Shown one piece after another: positions 51,950 through 64,000 of a stretch of 64,000 bases of DNA. The notes under the pieces are model-generated. The model was not told the DNA's origin, ran no database searches, and was given only the letters and a program-made list of their open reading frames with translations. The position numbers and the translations under genes are program-made. This DNA is from Diplonema japonicum (taxonomy: Eukaryota > Protista > Euglenozoa: Diplonemea), in the NCBI GenBank assembly GCA_964019335.1, contig OZ025676.1, forward strand, positions 310,001 to 374,000, given 5' to 3'. How positions within the stretch are numbered: position 1 is the first letter of the stretch; each line of letters opens with the position of its first letter.

Positions 51950-52279
51950 TCACCTTATTTTGTGATTTACCACATGTCTCGCTATGTTCCTGAGCAGCTT
52001 GGTGTCGGGTGACACTGAGGTCACGTAAGTCCTAGGGCTCTCAAATGGTATCTTGGGAACGGGTGCAGGACGGGGAGGGTACCGTTCCTCTTCCTCTGTC
52101 AAGTCTTCGATGCCTCTTGTGTCAAGGATTTCAACTATCGGTGATGCCCTCCAGCTTGGGTCTTCTCCAGGTTCCCTCCAGATCCTCTTGTCTTCAGGGT
52201 CATGCACTGGCATGTAAGGGCGCTCCTGTCCTAGAATACGTTCATTCCTCGCACGAATTTCAGAGAGCAATTGGTCCAT
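51950..52279 (-). CDS. Small hypothetical protein
   Basis: 109-aa ORF of normal composition between homopolymer spacers. Confidence 0.45.
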   Translation of the reverse strand: MDQLLSEIRARNERILGQERPYMPVHDPEDKRIWREPGEDPSWRASPIVEILDTRGIEDLTEEEERYPPRPAPVPKIPFESPRTYVTSVSPDTKLLRNIARHVVNHKIR

Positions 52280-52604
52280 TTCTTTTTCAGATCATTGCAT
52301 TTTTTTTTTTTCCCCTTCTTCTGTTGTTCCCTTGGGGAAAAGAAAATTGGAGACAATAAATTTGGATGAAATAAAAAAAATGGAAAAAAAAAGGGGTATA
52401 AAAAAAATACGAAAAAAAAACGAAGAAACGTAGGGGGGGGGGGGGGGGGGTTCTGGATGGAAAGAAATAAATAATGAAATAAAAAATAAAAATAAAATAA
52501 AAAATATAAGAGAATTCAAAGCAACACGCCTATAGGCCGATGCGAAAAAAAAAAGAAAAAAAAATCTAAACGAAACACACTCGTTTCTCTCACTCTTCTT
52601 TTTT

Positions 52605-52757
52605 TTATTCCAGGTCGATTCGCTTCACCGCACGCTGCTTCTCGGGTTCTGATATTTTCCATTGGAACATGTTGTTGAGGTCGATTTTGTAGTTGGGGTT
52701 CACCTTTACAGTCTTTTGCTGTCCCTCCTTGAATTTTTTGTACCCGGCCTGTTGTGT

Positions 52758-52804
<47 letters not shown>

Positions 52805-53647
52805 CCCCATACTTCAATTTTTCTGCTTTCTGCTGACGAGTAGTCCGTCCATGATTTTGCCTCTGCGTCCTCTCCTTCGAGAGCTGACTTCCACATCCAC
52901 TTCACTTTAAGCTCCGGTTCTTTAGGCTGCGAGTGTGCAACTTTCTTCTTCTTCCCTACAGGTGACCCTGCACCTTTCCCTTCCTCTTTTCTTTTTTTTT
53001 TTTTCTTCGCGGTTTCCAAGTAGTCTTTCCCCTTCACATCTTCCCCCTCCATCCACGAGTGCTCACAAACACCAACTAGGTCAATTCTCTTTTCGGGGTC
53101 GATCGTGAGAAGTTTACTTGTTAAATCCTTTGCAGTTGAACTGATTCCAGCCCAATGTCTGTCTGGGAACGAAGTTCCAGCATGAGGGTCCTTCGGCAAC
53201 GACCCTGTCAACAGGAGATACAAAATCACACCTGTAGACCACATATCTACAGATATCGTGTAGCCGTTCTTCTTCTGCACCTCTGGTGCAATGTACACTG
53301 GAGTTCCGCAGTATGTTAACATGATAGATGTGTCGCCTGTCCATTTTGCCAACCCGAAGTCTGATAGCTTCAAGACAAGGTTCCCCACAGGTATCTGCTG
53401 CTTGTTGTACCCATCCTGCCCAGGTATCGAGGGCGGGATAACAAAATCCTCCTCCGTTCCAAGAAGAACATTCTCAGGCTTCAAATCACGGTGGGCAACC
53501 TCCTTACTATGAAGGTATAAGAGTGCCTGTACATTATATTTTTTTTTCATTAGAAAAAAAAAAAAAAATTCACACCTCTATAATTTGTTTGAACATCCGC
53601 TTTGCCTCGGGTTCTGTGAACCGTTTCGAATTTACAATGTAGTCGAA

Positions 53648-53682
<35 letters not shown>

Positions 53683-54383
53683 GGTACCAGATCGCCGCCC
53701 CTTACGAGCTCAAGGACGATGCAGAGGTACTTATCGTTGTCGTACACATCATGTATCTTGACGACGCCCTCATGGCTGACTGACTTTAAAAGGCGGACCT
53801 CTTCCAGAAGGCGTGAGACGGAGAAGCTGTGACCTAGTGCCGTTTTCTTCTTGTCGATAATCTTCACAGCGACGCCTTCTTGGGTTTTCCTGTGGGTGCC
53901 CAGGTACACTGTAGCAAAGTTCCCTGTCCCGAGCTTTCGCCCGATGGTGTAGTCCTTGCAGATGGCGCCCCATTTGTTGTCCTCGACATCATCGTTTGGA
54001 GATGGAACTTCGAGTTTATATATAAGCTTGCCTTGGTTTTCCACGATTGTCTGATCGAGTAAAGAGACGCATTCACCATTTTGTACTTTTTTCCGGTTTT
54101 GTGGGCCGATTTTTTTGAAATTTCCGGGGCTGCCCACCCACGTGCCGTTCCGGCTCAGGTCCAGAACAAACACGTCGTGGCCGAGCTTCCACAGTTTGAG
54201 ATGGTTTGACGACACGTATGGATTGCTGTGTGTAATGCTGTTGCTGGGCAGCCTTCCCATTGTCACTTCGTCGCCATCCCCAAAATGTATAGTCTCTTCC
54301 CCTCCCAAGGGTACTAATCTGTTCGGTTTTTTCTCACATATTTCTTCAGGAGCCTCCACCGTCTGTGGAACTGTCCCTTCCAT
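52605..54383 (-). CDS. Chk2/Rad53-like FHA-domain kinase with C-terminal WWE domain; introns 53648-53687, 53527-53575, 52749-52812
   Basis: FHA (MGR...VSSNH...DLSRNGTWV); kinase LGTGNFATV, ELVRGGDLFDYI (after splicing), HRDLKPEN, DFG, CGTPVYIAPE; WWE (WMW...WTDYS...KIE...YKIDLNNMFQ...RAVKR). Confidence 0.88.
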
Positions 54384-54989
54384 AACAAACCCCTTGTTGG
54401 GGCCCTTTTTTTGTGTGTTGTTGTTTAATAGTGGGGGGGGAGAAAAAAATATTTAAAAATAAAAAAATAGAATATATCAAAGGGGAGTAACTGTTTCGCG
54501 GAATAAAAATAAAAAAAGGAAGTTAAAAAAATAAAATAAAAAAAATATACAGGACGATTTTGAAGAGAAAAGAAGAACCTGAAGGCGGAAGTTTTTTTTT
54601 TCTTCTCCCCCCCTTTTTTTTTGTTCCGCTTAATGGGTTTTTTAAATGTACTTTTTTTTTTTTTTTTTTTTTTCTGGAAGGGTGCAGGAAAGGGAAACAG
54701 TTTGAAAAAAAAAAAAACAAGAAAGAAAAAAAAGATGGGGGGTGCAGAGGAAGGTAGAGAGAGGGAGGAAAAAGAAGAAGAGAAAAATATAATAATAAGA
54801 AGGAAAAAAAAAAAAAAAAAAACAACCATGAAAAGAAAGAAAGAAACAAGGAAAAATAAAGAAGCCCGAAGGGGGAAACCCTTTTTTTTTATACATTACT
54901 TTTTTCCCCCCCCGAAAAGGGGATAATTGACCACATCTGAGTATCGTCTTAGTCCATAAAGGGGGGAAAAGAAAATACCACTTTTCTCG

Positions 54990-55020
<31 letters not shown>

Positions 55021-55755
55021 GTTGCGTCAACACTGTTAAGAAGAGAAGAGAAAAGAGATTAAAAATGGCCGGCAAAATACATCAAGCCTAGGGAAATGGG
55101 GAAGGGAGGGAAGGGAGGAGAAAGCACCTAACACTCTTCCAGAAGATGAACGTTTTATATAAAAGCACGTTTTTTTTTTTTTTTTTTTTTCGTTCTTTTT
55201 TTTTTATATATTTCCTTTTCATTTTTTTCCTTCGACCCCCTTGTACTTTGAAATAGACAGAATTTCAAATAGCCTTTGAGGAGAAAAAAAAATATCAGAG
55301 AGCTGCTGCAGATAGACGAGAGAGTCTCAGAGTCAAAAATAAGTAAAATAAAAACAAAGGGGAAAAAAAATAAAGGGTTAGTACTTCTCGCACAACACTT
55401 TTTTTTTCCATTGCCAGAGATTCCATTTTTTTCATTTTTTTTTTTTTTTTACATGAGCATTCTTTGAAATATTACTCACGAGAGACCATCAAAAATATTT
55501 TTTTAAAAAAAAGATTTTTCGGCCTCGCTTCAATGCAGGAACAAATGCAGGAACAAAAAAAAACTCCCAATAGGGGGGGGGAGCAAACACTTTTTTTTAT
55601 TATTATTCTGTCCCCCATAAAACCCCTCGTATTATTCCTTTTTTTTTTCTCCCCACACCCATTCTTTCGCTCTCCCTCCATATTATGAAACACGTTTTTT
55701 TTTTTTTTTTTTCCTCGTTTTTTTTTTTTTTTCCTGCTTTTTTCTGCCTCTTTCT

Positions 55756-58700
55756 TTAGGCTTCGAATTTCACGAACTTCTGAACGAAGTCGAGGACCTC
55801 AACCTCTGATCCGCCAAGGCCATGGGCATAGACGTATTGAGCAGCGAAGTAGGCACCACAGATCGCCATGAGGTACGCATCAGGCACACGTTCCAACACA
55901 ACCTCCAAGGGAACCTCCTCAAGGAGGAGGGCCGGAAGGGCTTTGTTGAGAATGAGCTTCTTGAGGTGTGCGTTCTCCTTGAGGATGCTGGAGTTCTGCA
56001 ACATGTCGTTGATGTTGTTGATCTTCTTGGACAGCAGGTCAGTGATGGTCACCATGTACTTGTGGGTCCCTGCCACGCGCTCCCTCCAGCAGGCCTCGAA
56101 CTCCATCCTGGCGTTCTCCTCGATGACCAGCTGCACCTGCTTCACGTACTTCTCGTAGAATTCAGGCACTGAGCCGTCTTTCTTCACACACATCAACTCG
56201 TTGTGCTGCTCCTCCGACATGGCCAGTGCAGCGAGCACTTCAAGGGACGACGAGGTGACGCCACCCTTGTTGCAGGTTGCGTCCTTCATCAGGATGACCC
56301 CTGCGTCCTCCAGCACCCTCCTGGCATCTCTGGTGATGAACAGGTTGGCACCTTCGCAGATGAACTTGAACCTCGGTGTCCCGTCCTTCTTCAGCATCTT
56401 GTCCACGTTGTTGATGTTGACAGAGTCGGGACGGCCACCGCACGGCACGAACAGGTCAGCCTCCAGTTCTGTCCTCAGGTGGTACTCGTTCCTGAACACC
56501 AACCCGGACTCGATCACCTCTCCGCTGGGCAGCGTCACGTTCTTGTCGTCCACCAGAACCCTGTACGCGTCCTTGCCTAGCTTGCTTGCGTCGAAGCTGT
56601 CGATCATCAACCTCTCCTTCGCGAGCCTCATGAGCTCCGGCCTGTCAAGCCCCGCAGCGTCGTAGATGACACCCGACCCGTCCACGATGGACACCGTCTT
56701 GTCCTTCGAGATCAAGATCTCGTTGGACCCCAGGTCGCCGTCGGGGCCGCCAGTCTGGAACTTGGTGACCTCGGCTTCGTCGAGACCCTGAGTCTTGAGC
56801 ACACCAAGAACCTGCTGGTGCACACTCCTGGTGGTCATGCCGTAGACATCATGAGGGATACCACCCATGGTGGCGGGCTTCCCGGTGGTGATGGCCTTCC
56901 AGTAGGGGTAGCCCCTCTTGGCAGCGTGCTCGGCGGCCCACACAACAACGTCACCAGCAGTACCCTCATCGGGACCGAAGAAGAGGATCTCATCTTTCCC
57001 GAGCAGGTTGACCACCTGGTCGTTCTCGAGAACGAGGTCCAAGAGCGAGTCGATGTATGCCTTGAAGGCGTCGTCAGGAGCGTTTTGCGACCTCTCGTCG
57101 GGGTTGAGGAGGATGGTACCCTTGGAACCGCCCTCAGGGATGTCCTTGTTCTTCAGCTGCTGGGTGTAGGCAAGGTTGTAGTTCTCCTCAAAGAGGGACT
57201 GGTGGTTCTTGAAGTACGCCATGTTGGGGGACTTGATCATACGGATCCCACCACGCGAGATATCCCTGAACCTGACGTGGAAGCCCTCAAAGGCCGAGCC
57301 CACGATAAGGAAGACAGCGTGGGGGACCTCCTGGTAGGCCTCAGTGATGAACAGGGTGGGGTCAAGACGGAAGGCGGTGGCAGCCTTCTCTCTGCTGAAG
57401 AAGTTGGTCTTGAGGATGGCCTGGTTGAACAGCAAGCACGACATGAAGATGTCCTGGTCGAGGGGGTCGGTCACAGTCGACTTGATCTGCTTGGCGAGCT
57501 CGTCGTTGAAGGTAGGCGTGGTGATCTCGGAGCCGGGCTTCCTGCCCCTCATGAAGTCATCATACACAGACCAGGCAATGTCGGGGTAGGTCTCCATGGT
57601 CCTGTTGAACCTGTGAAGGTTCACAGCGTTCTTCTGCATGGCCCTGCCCAGCCTGTCAAGCCTGTCGAGCGACACGTCAGAGTTGGACTCCTTCAGGTAC
57701 ATCCTGAGCGCGTGGAAGTCCTCACTCCTGTGGGGCATGAAGTGGTAAGTGAACACTTGTGCGCAGCCAAGGTACAGCTTGGCCCTAGGCCCCAGGGACG
57801 TGTTAGAGTTCAACCTTGCAGACCTTGGGAGCACCGCCAGGGTGGTCATCCTCCTGGTGAGAGAGATCAGGTTCCTCTGCACCTGTGCCTCAGTGTGAGC
57901 GGGGTTGGTGTTTTCAAGGTACACGTTGTAGGTGACGGCACCGTTGGCGAAGGTCTCTCCAAAGAGCTGAGTGCACCTGAGACCCAAGTAGTCCAGGATG
58001 TCGAACATCTGCGCCAGACCATCCTCAGGCGCCTCATTGGGGAACACAAGCATGATGACGTGACCAGGCTCCCTGTTGCGCACCTCGGAGACAGGGTGGA
58101 GCTGACCATGAGCCTTCTGAAGCATCTTCTCGTACCTGCTACGGGTAGGCCTGGACTTGGTCCTCAAGAAGGCAGCGGAAGACACCTGCCAGATGTCGGG
58201 GACATCAGTCTTGCAGACGTCAGGGTTCAAGAACCTCGACCTAGTGGCGGTGACCATGAGAAGAGACTTGCCATAGACAAGCGGCTCCCTAGAGCGGAAC
58301 ATGGTGATGGAGGTGGTGAGGTTGTCGGGCGTGGCGGCAACGTACTGGTTCATCCTGATGAGAAGCTCGCGACGCTCCTTCTGGTCGTCGAGGCAGAAGA
58401 AGGTGGCTTCCTTCTGGCCGATGAATTGGAAGGACATGGCACCAAGGTCCGCGTGATCGCTTTGGTCGTGGTCAAGGTCGTCGAGGGACGTGTGCACAGC
58501 CTTCTTGGCACCCATGAAGGACGAGATGTGCTTGGCGATCTGGATGGGGTTGTTCTGCGCGAAGTACAGCGGCGAGATCCCTAAGTTGTAGAAGGCGTGC
58601 ACCTCCTCTTGGATGGCGTTCTCGGAGTACGTGCCCTCCCTCTGGAGAAGCTCGATCACCTTCTTCACCTGCGAGTCGAAGATCTCCTCGGACTGGCTGT

Positions 58701-59360
58701 AGACAGAGTCAGCACTGGACAGAGCACCCTGCATGATGTGGGACACCGCGACGGTGAGGTCACCCCTCAGCCTCTTCAGCTGCTGTGCAGGGGGCTCGAA
58801 CTCGGGTCTGTAAAGAAGAAGGAAGACGGCGACGATCTCGCTGTTGTAGATGACGGGGAGCGCAGCGGCGGAGAACTCGCCACTGAGCTTGTCGAAGCCA
58901 GGCATGTCGAGGTTGCTTACCTGTGAGGGTGCGAGGGGTTGATGTGACATACGCTTCCGCTCTGCTTGAACTCCGCCTCATGCGAGGTCATTGCCTCGGA
59001 CAAGATGCCAGCATCGATGTGGACCTCTTCATGGATCTGCGGGTGTTATAACCTATTAGACACTTATACCTTACGAACGCCAGCGAAGGCCTCAGCGTCG
59101 TGAGCGGCCCATGCATCACCGCACCTCAGAGTGCCATCGTTCTCAGGCACCCATGCCTCCACGTAGACGGCATCCTTCTCCACAAGCGACAGAGTGCCGA
59201 CCACACCTCTGAGACCACCTTCGACCTGCATCTCGAGGCCTCCAGAGCTCATGGGTCGCATCTGAACCTTCTGACCAGTCCTTGCCGACCTTGGCCTCCA
59301 GGCACGGGCCCCTGCACGGGTCGCAGGACCCCTGGCCGAACGCAACAAATTGTTCAACAT
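55756..59360 (-). CDS. GDH2: NAD-specific glutamate dehydrogenase (large GDH2 type), mitochondrial presequence; introns 59037-59069, 58921-58952
   Basis: GFHVRFRDISRGGIR, KNKDIPEGGSKG, FFGPDEGTA, GGPDGDLGSNEI, FVPCGGRP, EGANLF, NKGGVTSSS. Two tiny introns join ORF 59064..59360. Confidence 0.95.
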
Positions 59361-59465
59361 TGCAAAGTTGTATGTATCTGGAAAGCGGCGTTAAAAAACA
59401 CAGGGAAAGAATTTAAAAAAAAAAAAAAGAAAGGAGATGAGAGATTGTCAAAAAAAAAAAATCCC

Positions 59466-59969
59466 CTACCTGCTAATAGTGCTGCACAATGAGAGGATCC
59501 CACAATCCAGCTGGGTAACAGGGTTCTCGTCGTAAAACAAGAAACTGAAAGGAAGAGGCGAGACGGCGGTCAAGGCTTGAGGAAGGCTCGGTGAGTCGAA
59601 CGAGAAGAAGAACGTCTTTGCACGTGACAGCTTGGCGGTTGTGATAAGCCCTTCCAACAGGGCAAAATAGTGCTTTGCCTGCTCTTCTGTAGGGGGAGGG
59701 TGCCCCCTGTTCACGCGCATGGTCCACATTTCTGTAATGGGGAGATCACCCCCTAATGTTTTATATTGTTCCTTAAGCAGCGCTGTACCTACTAAGGAGA
59801 TACTGTGCAAATCTCCCTCTGGGAGACTTTCCAACACATTATCCAAAATATGCTTGACCTTTGCCGCCTTCTCCGTGGTGTCACCTGCAAGAAATCCCCT
59901 GCCCTTCAAAACCTTCTGAAAGGATATCTTTATTATATTCCGCATCACGAATATTGAAGTTGGTTCCAT
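59466..59969 (-). CDS. Hypothetical protein, possibly HORMA-domain-like
   Basis: IIKISFQKVLKGRG, VLESLPEGDLHSISLV and ITEMWTMRV echo HORMA helix/strand motifs (inference). Confidence 0.45.
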   Translation of the reverse strand: MEPTSIFVMRNIIKISFQKVLKGRGFLAGDTTEKAAKVKHILDNVLESLPEGDLHSISLVGTALLKEQYKTLGGDLPITEMWTMRVNRGHPPPTEEQAKHYFALLEGLITTAKLSRAKTFFFSFDSPSLPQALTAVSPLPFSFLFYDENPVTQLDCGILSLCSTISR

Positions 59970-61309
59970 TTTTTTTTCTTTTAGATTTACCTGATTTTCT
60001 TTTTTTTTTTAAAATATTTTTTTGGGATGAGGGGGATAAAGAAAAAAAAAGGTATGAGGGAGGGGAAGGAGAATGGGAGGGGAAAATAAAAAACAGGGGG
60101 GGGTGGACTTTAAAAATAGTGTTTTTTCTTCTTCCAAAAGGGGGGGGGGGGGGAAATGGATAAAAAAATAATAAGGGGGAAAAAAAAACACATCCACACA
60201 CCCCATCCCTCCCCCTTTCGACGAATACTGATTTGAGAGAAAAAAAGAAATCCAAAAACTGCCTTTATCAAGTGAAAAAAGAAAGAAAATACCTTCTGCA
60301 CAATGTAGGGAGGGGAGAGAGTAAAAAAAGAATAATGGCGGGGGAGTGGTCAGACCGGTCTTTGTTTTTAACAATAAAGTATATCTCGTTCTTACTGATG
60401 GCTTCCCACCCTTCCCCTCCGGGTTTTTTTTTTTTTCTTTTTTTTTTTTTTCCCGCTCTTTCTCCCGGGCTATTACGCAAAGATTACCTTTGTCAAAGTT
60501 TTCTTTAAAAGATTACGTGTGGGGTGGGGGGGATGGGGGAATATTACTTAATCGAAAGTGAAAAGAAATTTCTTCCTCCACTTTTTTTTCTCTTTTCTTT
60601 TTCTTCTTTAAAAAAAAGGGGAGGGGGGATAACATGGAAATATAAAGAAGTACATAGGTATATAGCTAATCGTTATTGACTGTCCGTCGCCTTCAAGTAG
60701 ACAGTGCTTGTGCAGGGTGTCACCAACGCTGCTTTTCTGCTTTAGCGTGGGGGGGGGGGGGGGAAGAAAATACGGACGCAGCCTTCATTAGAACTACACT
60801 TTTTAATTTCTCGTTTGTAGATCAAACCACTTTTATGAGAACGCTTTGTCGCTTTTTCCCTTGTAAAAAAAAGGGGGGGTGTTTTTTTTTTTTTTTCTTG
60901 GTTAGAGTTGTTCGTCTTTTTCTTCCTTCTTTTTCCATAGTACCCGGCCCCAGGCCCCACGGTTTAAACTTTAGCTATTTTAGTTTCAATTCGCTTTTTT
61001 TTTTTTTTTTTTTTTTTTTTGGTTGAACAGAATAAATATGCTAGAAGGAGGATATAAAAAAAAAAAATAAAATAAAAAACAAGCGATTTTTTTTGAGGGG
61101 AAATAACTAAGCAAGAAGCAATACATGGCCTTTGGAATTAAAGGATGTATAGGTGATGCCCCATCTCCCTTTTTATTATATGATTATGACATTTTTTTTT
61201 TAATTTATTTTGTTCTTACAAAGAAAATGAGGAGCAATACTTTGTTGAGCACAAATAAGTAAAAAAAAAAAAAAAAAAAAAAGTAAAACAGCCAACAGTT
61301 AAGGTTTAT

Positions 61310-61347
<38 letters not shown>

Positions 61348-61737
61348 CCGCGCTCACCCAGAGTGTTTGCGAAACGAAAATACTTCACACAAAAAAGCTA
61401 GCATTTTCCCTTTTTTTTTTTCCTTCTCTTTTTTTTTCCTCGCACGAAGGAAGAGGATTATATTTTTGCAAAGCGAGAGTAAGGGGACAAAAACAAAACA
61501 CAGCACATTTCAGGCATGTTTGCAGGGGGGGGGGGGGGGGTGACGTCTTGAGCACTTCTGCAAGCACGAGGGGGAGGGGGAAATATACCTCGGAAAAAAA
61601 TGGGGGGGGGGCATAAAAGACACTCCACTCTAACAATTTGATTTTTTGTTAACTTTTTTTTTTTTTTACTGCAAACCCAAGGAAGGAGGTAAAATCAGGA
61701 ACGGGAAAAAAAAAAAGAAAAAAATTTTTGTGTTTAA

Positions 61738-63933
61738 CCATTAAAGGACGAAGCGCTAGATATCTAGCGATCAAAAAATTAAAATTTTTGTATAGGCATT
61801 TTAAGTACCATAGACCCTTACCCTTGCACAGAATGACCTAGTTCCGCGATTTCTTTTCCATCGAAAATCACTTTTGGCCCCTAGATTAACCTCCAAAAAC
61901 ACCCTCGAAACCAGTTTTTGGTGGCACGAAAGCTCAGATGAGCAGTACTGATTCAGACGAGTTCGGGAGTGCCTAAGGGGACATTCTCACTGACGATGGG
62001 ACCTCACCTAGCGCCAGTAGTGACGAGAAGAGTGAAAATATGCCCTGGGAGAGCGATATTACGCAGGTTACGCGTAAGAAGTGACAGGGCACAGGGGGGG
62101 GCAGAAATCACCCTTTTCCCACATGAGTGCATCAAGGATTTCCAAGCTGTTCATCTCAATGGGGTTTGTGAAATCTCTTTGCACCGTTTGCAAGTACCAC
62201 AACCCCGACTTTGACTTCACTGTGGACGATATCTATCAGTTTGTGGCCTTGTGGGTGCTCATGGACATCATCCGCAAGGCTGGCATAAAAGATTACTGGC
62301 CGACCATTTGTGCCCTCGCCACACCTTTTTTTGGCAAATGTAATGAAACGTTGCTGCTTTTGCGCTTACAGCGGTCGTTGCATTTTGGAGGGGTGAAGAG
62401 ACAGACAGAGTGCTGCAAAAAATAAGATTCTTGCTCCCCTACCTGTCTGCAACACTATTCCCCCGGAGAATCGATCATTGATGAGAGTATGATCAAGTCA
62501 CACGGTAGGCATCGCTTCAGAGTACTCCAGCCTGCAAAGAGGACAGGTGAGGCTGTGCACCGGACAGGATCTGACACAGGGTCGTGTTCACCTTGTCGAT
62601 CTACTGTCCGCAGTGCTAATACCATTGTAAAAGCGTGAAAAAGCAATCAAACACAGCACTGTGGACCCCGATGTGAGGTATCTCAGCACTTGGCATATTA
62701 CCTTCCCATTTGGTGAAGGATCGAGGTCATTGTAGGGGGGTGCTGGTGTTTGGGAGCCCTGACTCGCGTGCAGGATTGGCGTACCACGTGATCACTGCAG
62801 AAGCACCAATGCTTATGATGCCAAAAAAGGACAACATGGCGACCAGAATGTCTCGGCGGCGGAGCTCTGCTTCGAGCTTCTTGTCCTGCAGCTCGAGCGC
62901 GACAATGAAAGCTCTTACAACGTTCTCCCGTATCTCCTGCGGTGCCTTCAATGGCGTCTTGCTTGACATGAAGTGAACGTCGTGCTCAGTCTGAAAGCGC
63001 ACCCCACGTGACTTGTCGATGCCACTATTCGTGTCCACCTGGTGGATGGCTCGGCATCGGTAGCGTTCCCCTTGTACCCCGGCATCGATAACTTCTATAC
63101 TGGCGTTACCCTTGTACAACAGATGTGGGAATCGGGTTTGCGGTGGAAACAATCCGAGGAAAGTCCAGTCAATGGTGGTAACAATCCGAAGAAAACCGAC
63201 AGAATGTACCTAATCTTGCCCCAGTGAAGAAGCAAGTAGGCCCAGGCAGGCCCAAAAACGGGTTCGCGATGAGCGACAACAGCTTTTCGACTGTTATGCG
63301 CCAGTCCGGAAACAACCGCCCAGCAAGCACCCGTTCTGAAATGGGGACCGAGGGGCCCAGGGAAGATGCCAGGCGCGACTTCACCAAAGGTCACTGGTCC
63401 AAAAAACTGGATGCAGCAAGACAATGCACACACCACATGCGTGTTTTGGGGGTCCGGGTGCAAACTATCTTCATCTGCAAGGCTTGTAACGTGCATCTGT
63501 GCCCAGCTTGCTTTGCGGACTATCACGAACCAGTGGTTTACCCACCCCAATCTACCCCCTCTGGAGGCCCGGCCACACCGAAGAAACGCCTAAGGTACCA
63601 GCGTCTCCAAACACATACCCTTCTCCCCAGGTCGTCATCTGAGCCAAGTCCCAAAAGCAAAACCCCCCCTAGCACCCCGAGGCCCAAGCGAAAAAAGTAA
63701 GGAAGTGTCTAACCTATGGGCGGGGTTTTACAATAAATTTCACTTCAATTCCTTATTATTCACTTCCCAGGGCCTTTGAGGGGCGTCTGGGGGTGTTTTT
63801 TGTCCCTCCTGGGTGATGTATTTTCTTTTACACAAGCGTCGTTCTATGGTTGCATGCTCGAGGATGTTTTAATTTTAGAAAATAAAAAAGTCGATGGTGA
63901 CCTTTTTTTTGCCCAAAAGCCCCCGTCCTTTAA

Positions 63934-63936
<3 letters not shown>
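61738..63936 (+). mobile_element. Decayed piggyBac DNA transposon
   Basis: TTAA TSDs (61734-61737, 63937-63940); perfect 13-bp TIR CCATTAAAGGACG/CGTCCTTTAATGG; remnants IIDESMIK..GR (~62473), IDNFYT (~63084) and Cys-rich CKACNVHLCPACFADYH. Confidence 0.92.
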
Positions 63937-63967
<31 letters not shown>

Positions 63968-64000
63968 CAAATCTTTTTAGCGGTTTTAGTGATGCCTCGA

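Noticed and set aside
53527-53687. Apparent frameshifts or pseudogenes in the kinase, Rer1, USP and P4H genes (or programmed frameshifting on A runs)
   Set aside because: Each break is resolved by a canonical GT-AG micro-intron that restores conserved motifs.
56818-58584. 588-aa plus-strand ORF antisense to GDH
   Set aside because: Shadow ORF caused by strong codon bias of the sense gene; no recognisable motifs.

Overview
Homopolymer-rich eukaryotic nuclear DNA. All ~30 host genes lie on the minus strand, consistent with a euglenozoan-type polycistronic cluster. A diplonemid-like organism is inferred from the kinetoplastid-like H4 core plus many cis-introns; the species cannot be determined from the sequence. 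Genes are broken by very short (32-83 nt) GT-AG introns, mostly phase 0 and often filled with poly(A) rather than a polypyrimidine tract. The centre of the window holds a compact, intronless block of GC3-rich genes: two polyubiquitin genes interleaved with five box C/D snoRNAs (guides match the LSU rRNA peptidyl-transferase region), then a complete H2B-H2A-H3-H4 set of strongly divergent, lysine-rich histones, then a cathepsin L. Other notable genes are an FHA-kinase-WWE (Chk2-like) protein, a catalytically dead sirtuin, an aromatic amino acid decarboxylase with the aldehyde-synthase Tyr->Phe change, and an NAD-GDH with a GAF-like N-terminus. Mobile DNA includes a decayed piggyBac, two tandem non-LTR retroelement 3' fragments plus a solo copy, and MITE-like palindromes. 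Exon structures were derived by hand and homopolymer lengths may carry sequencing error.
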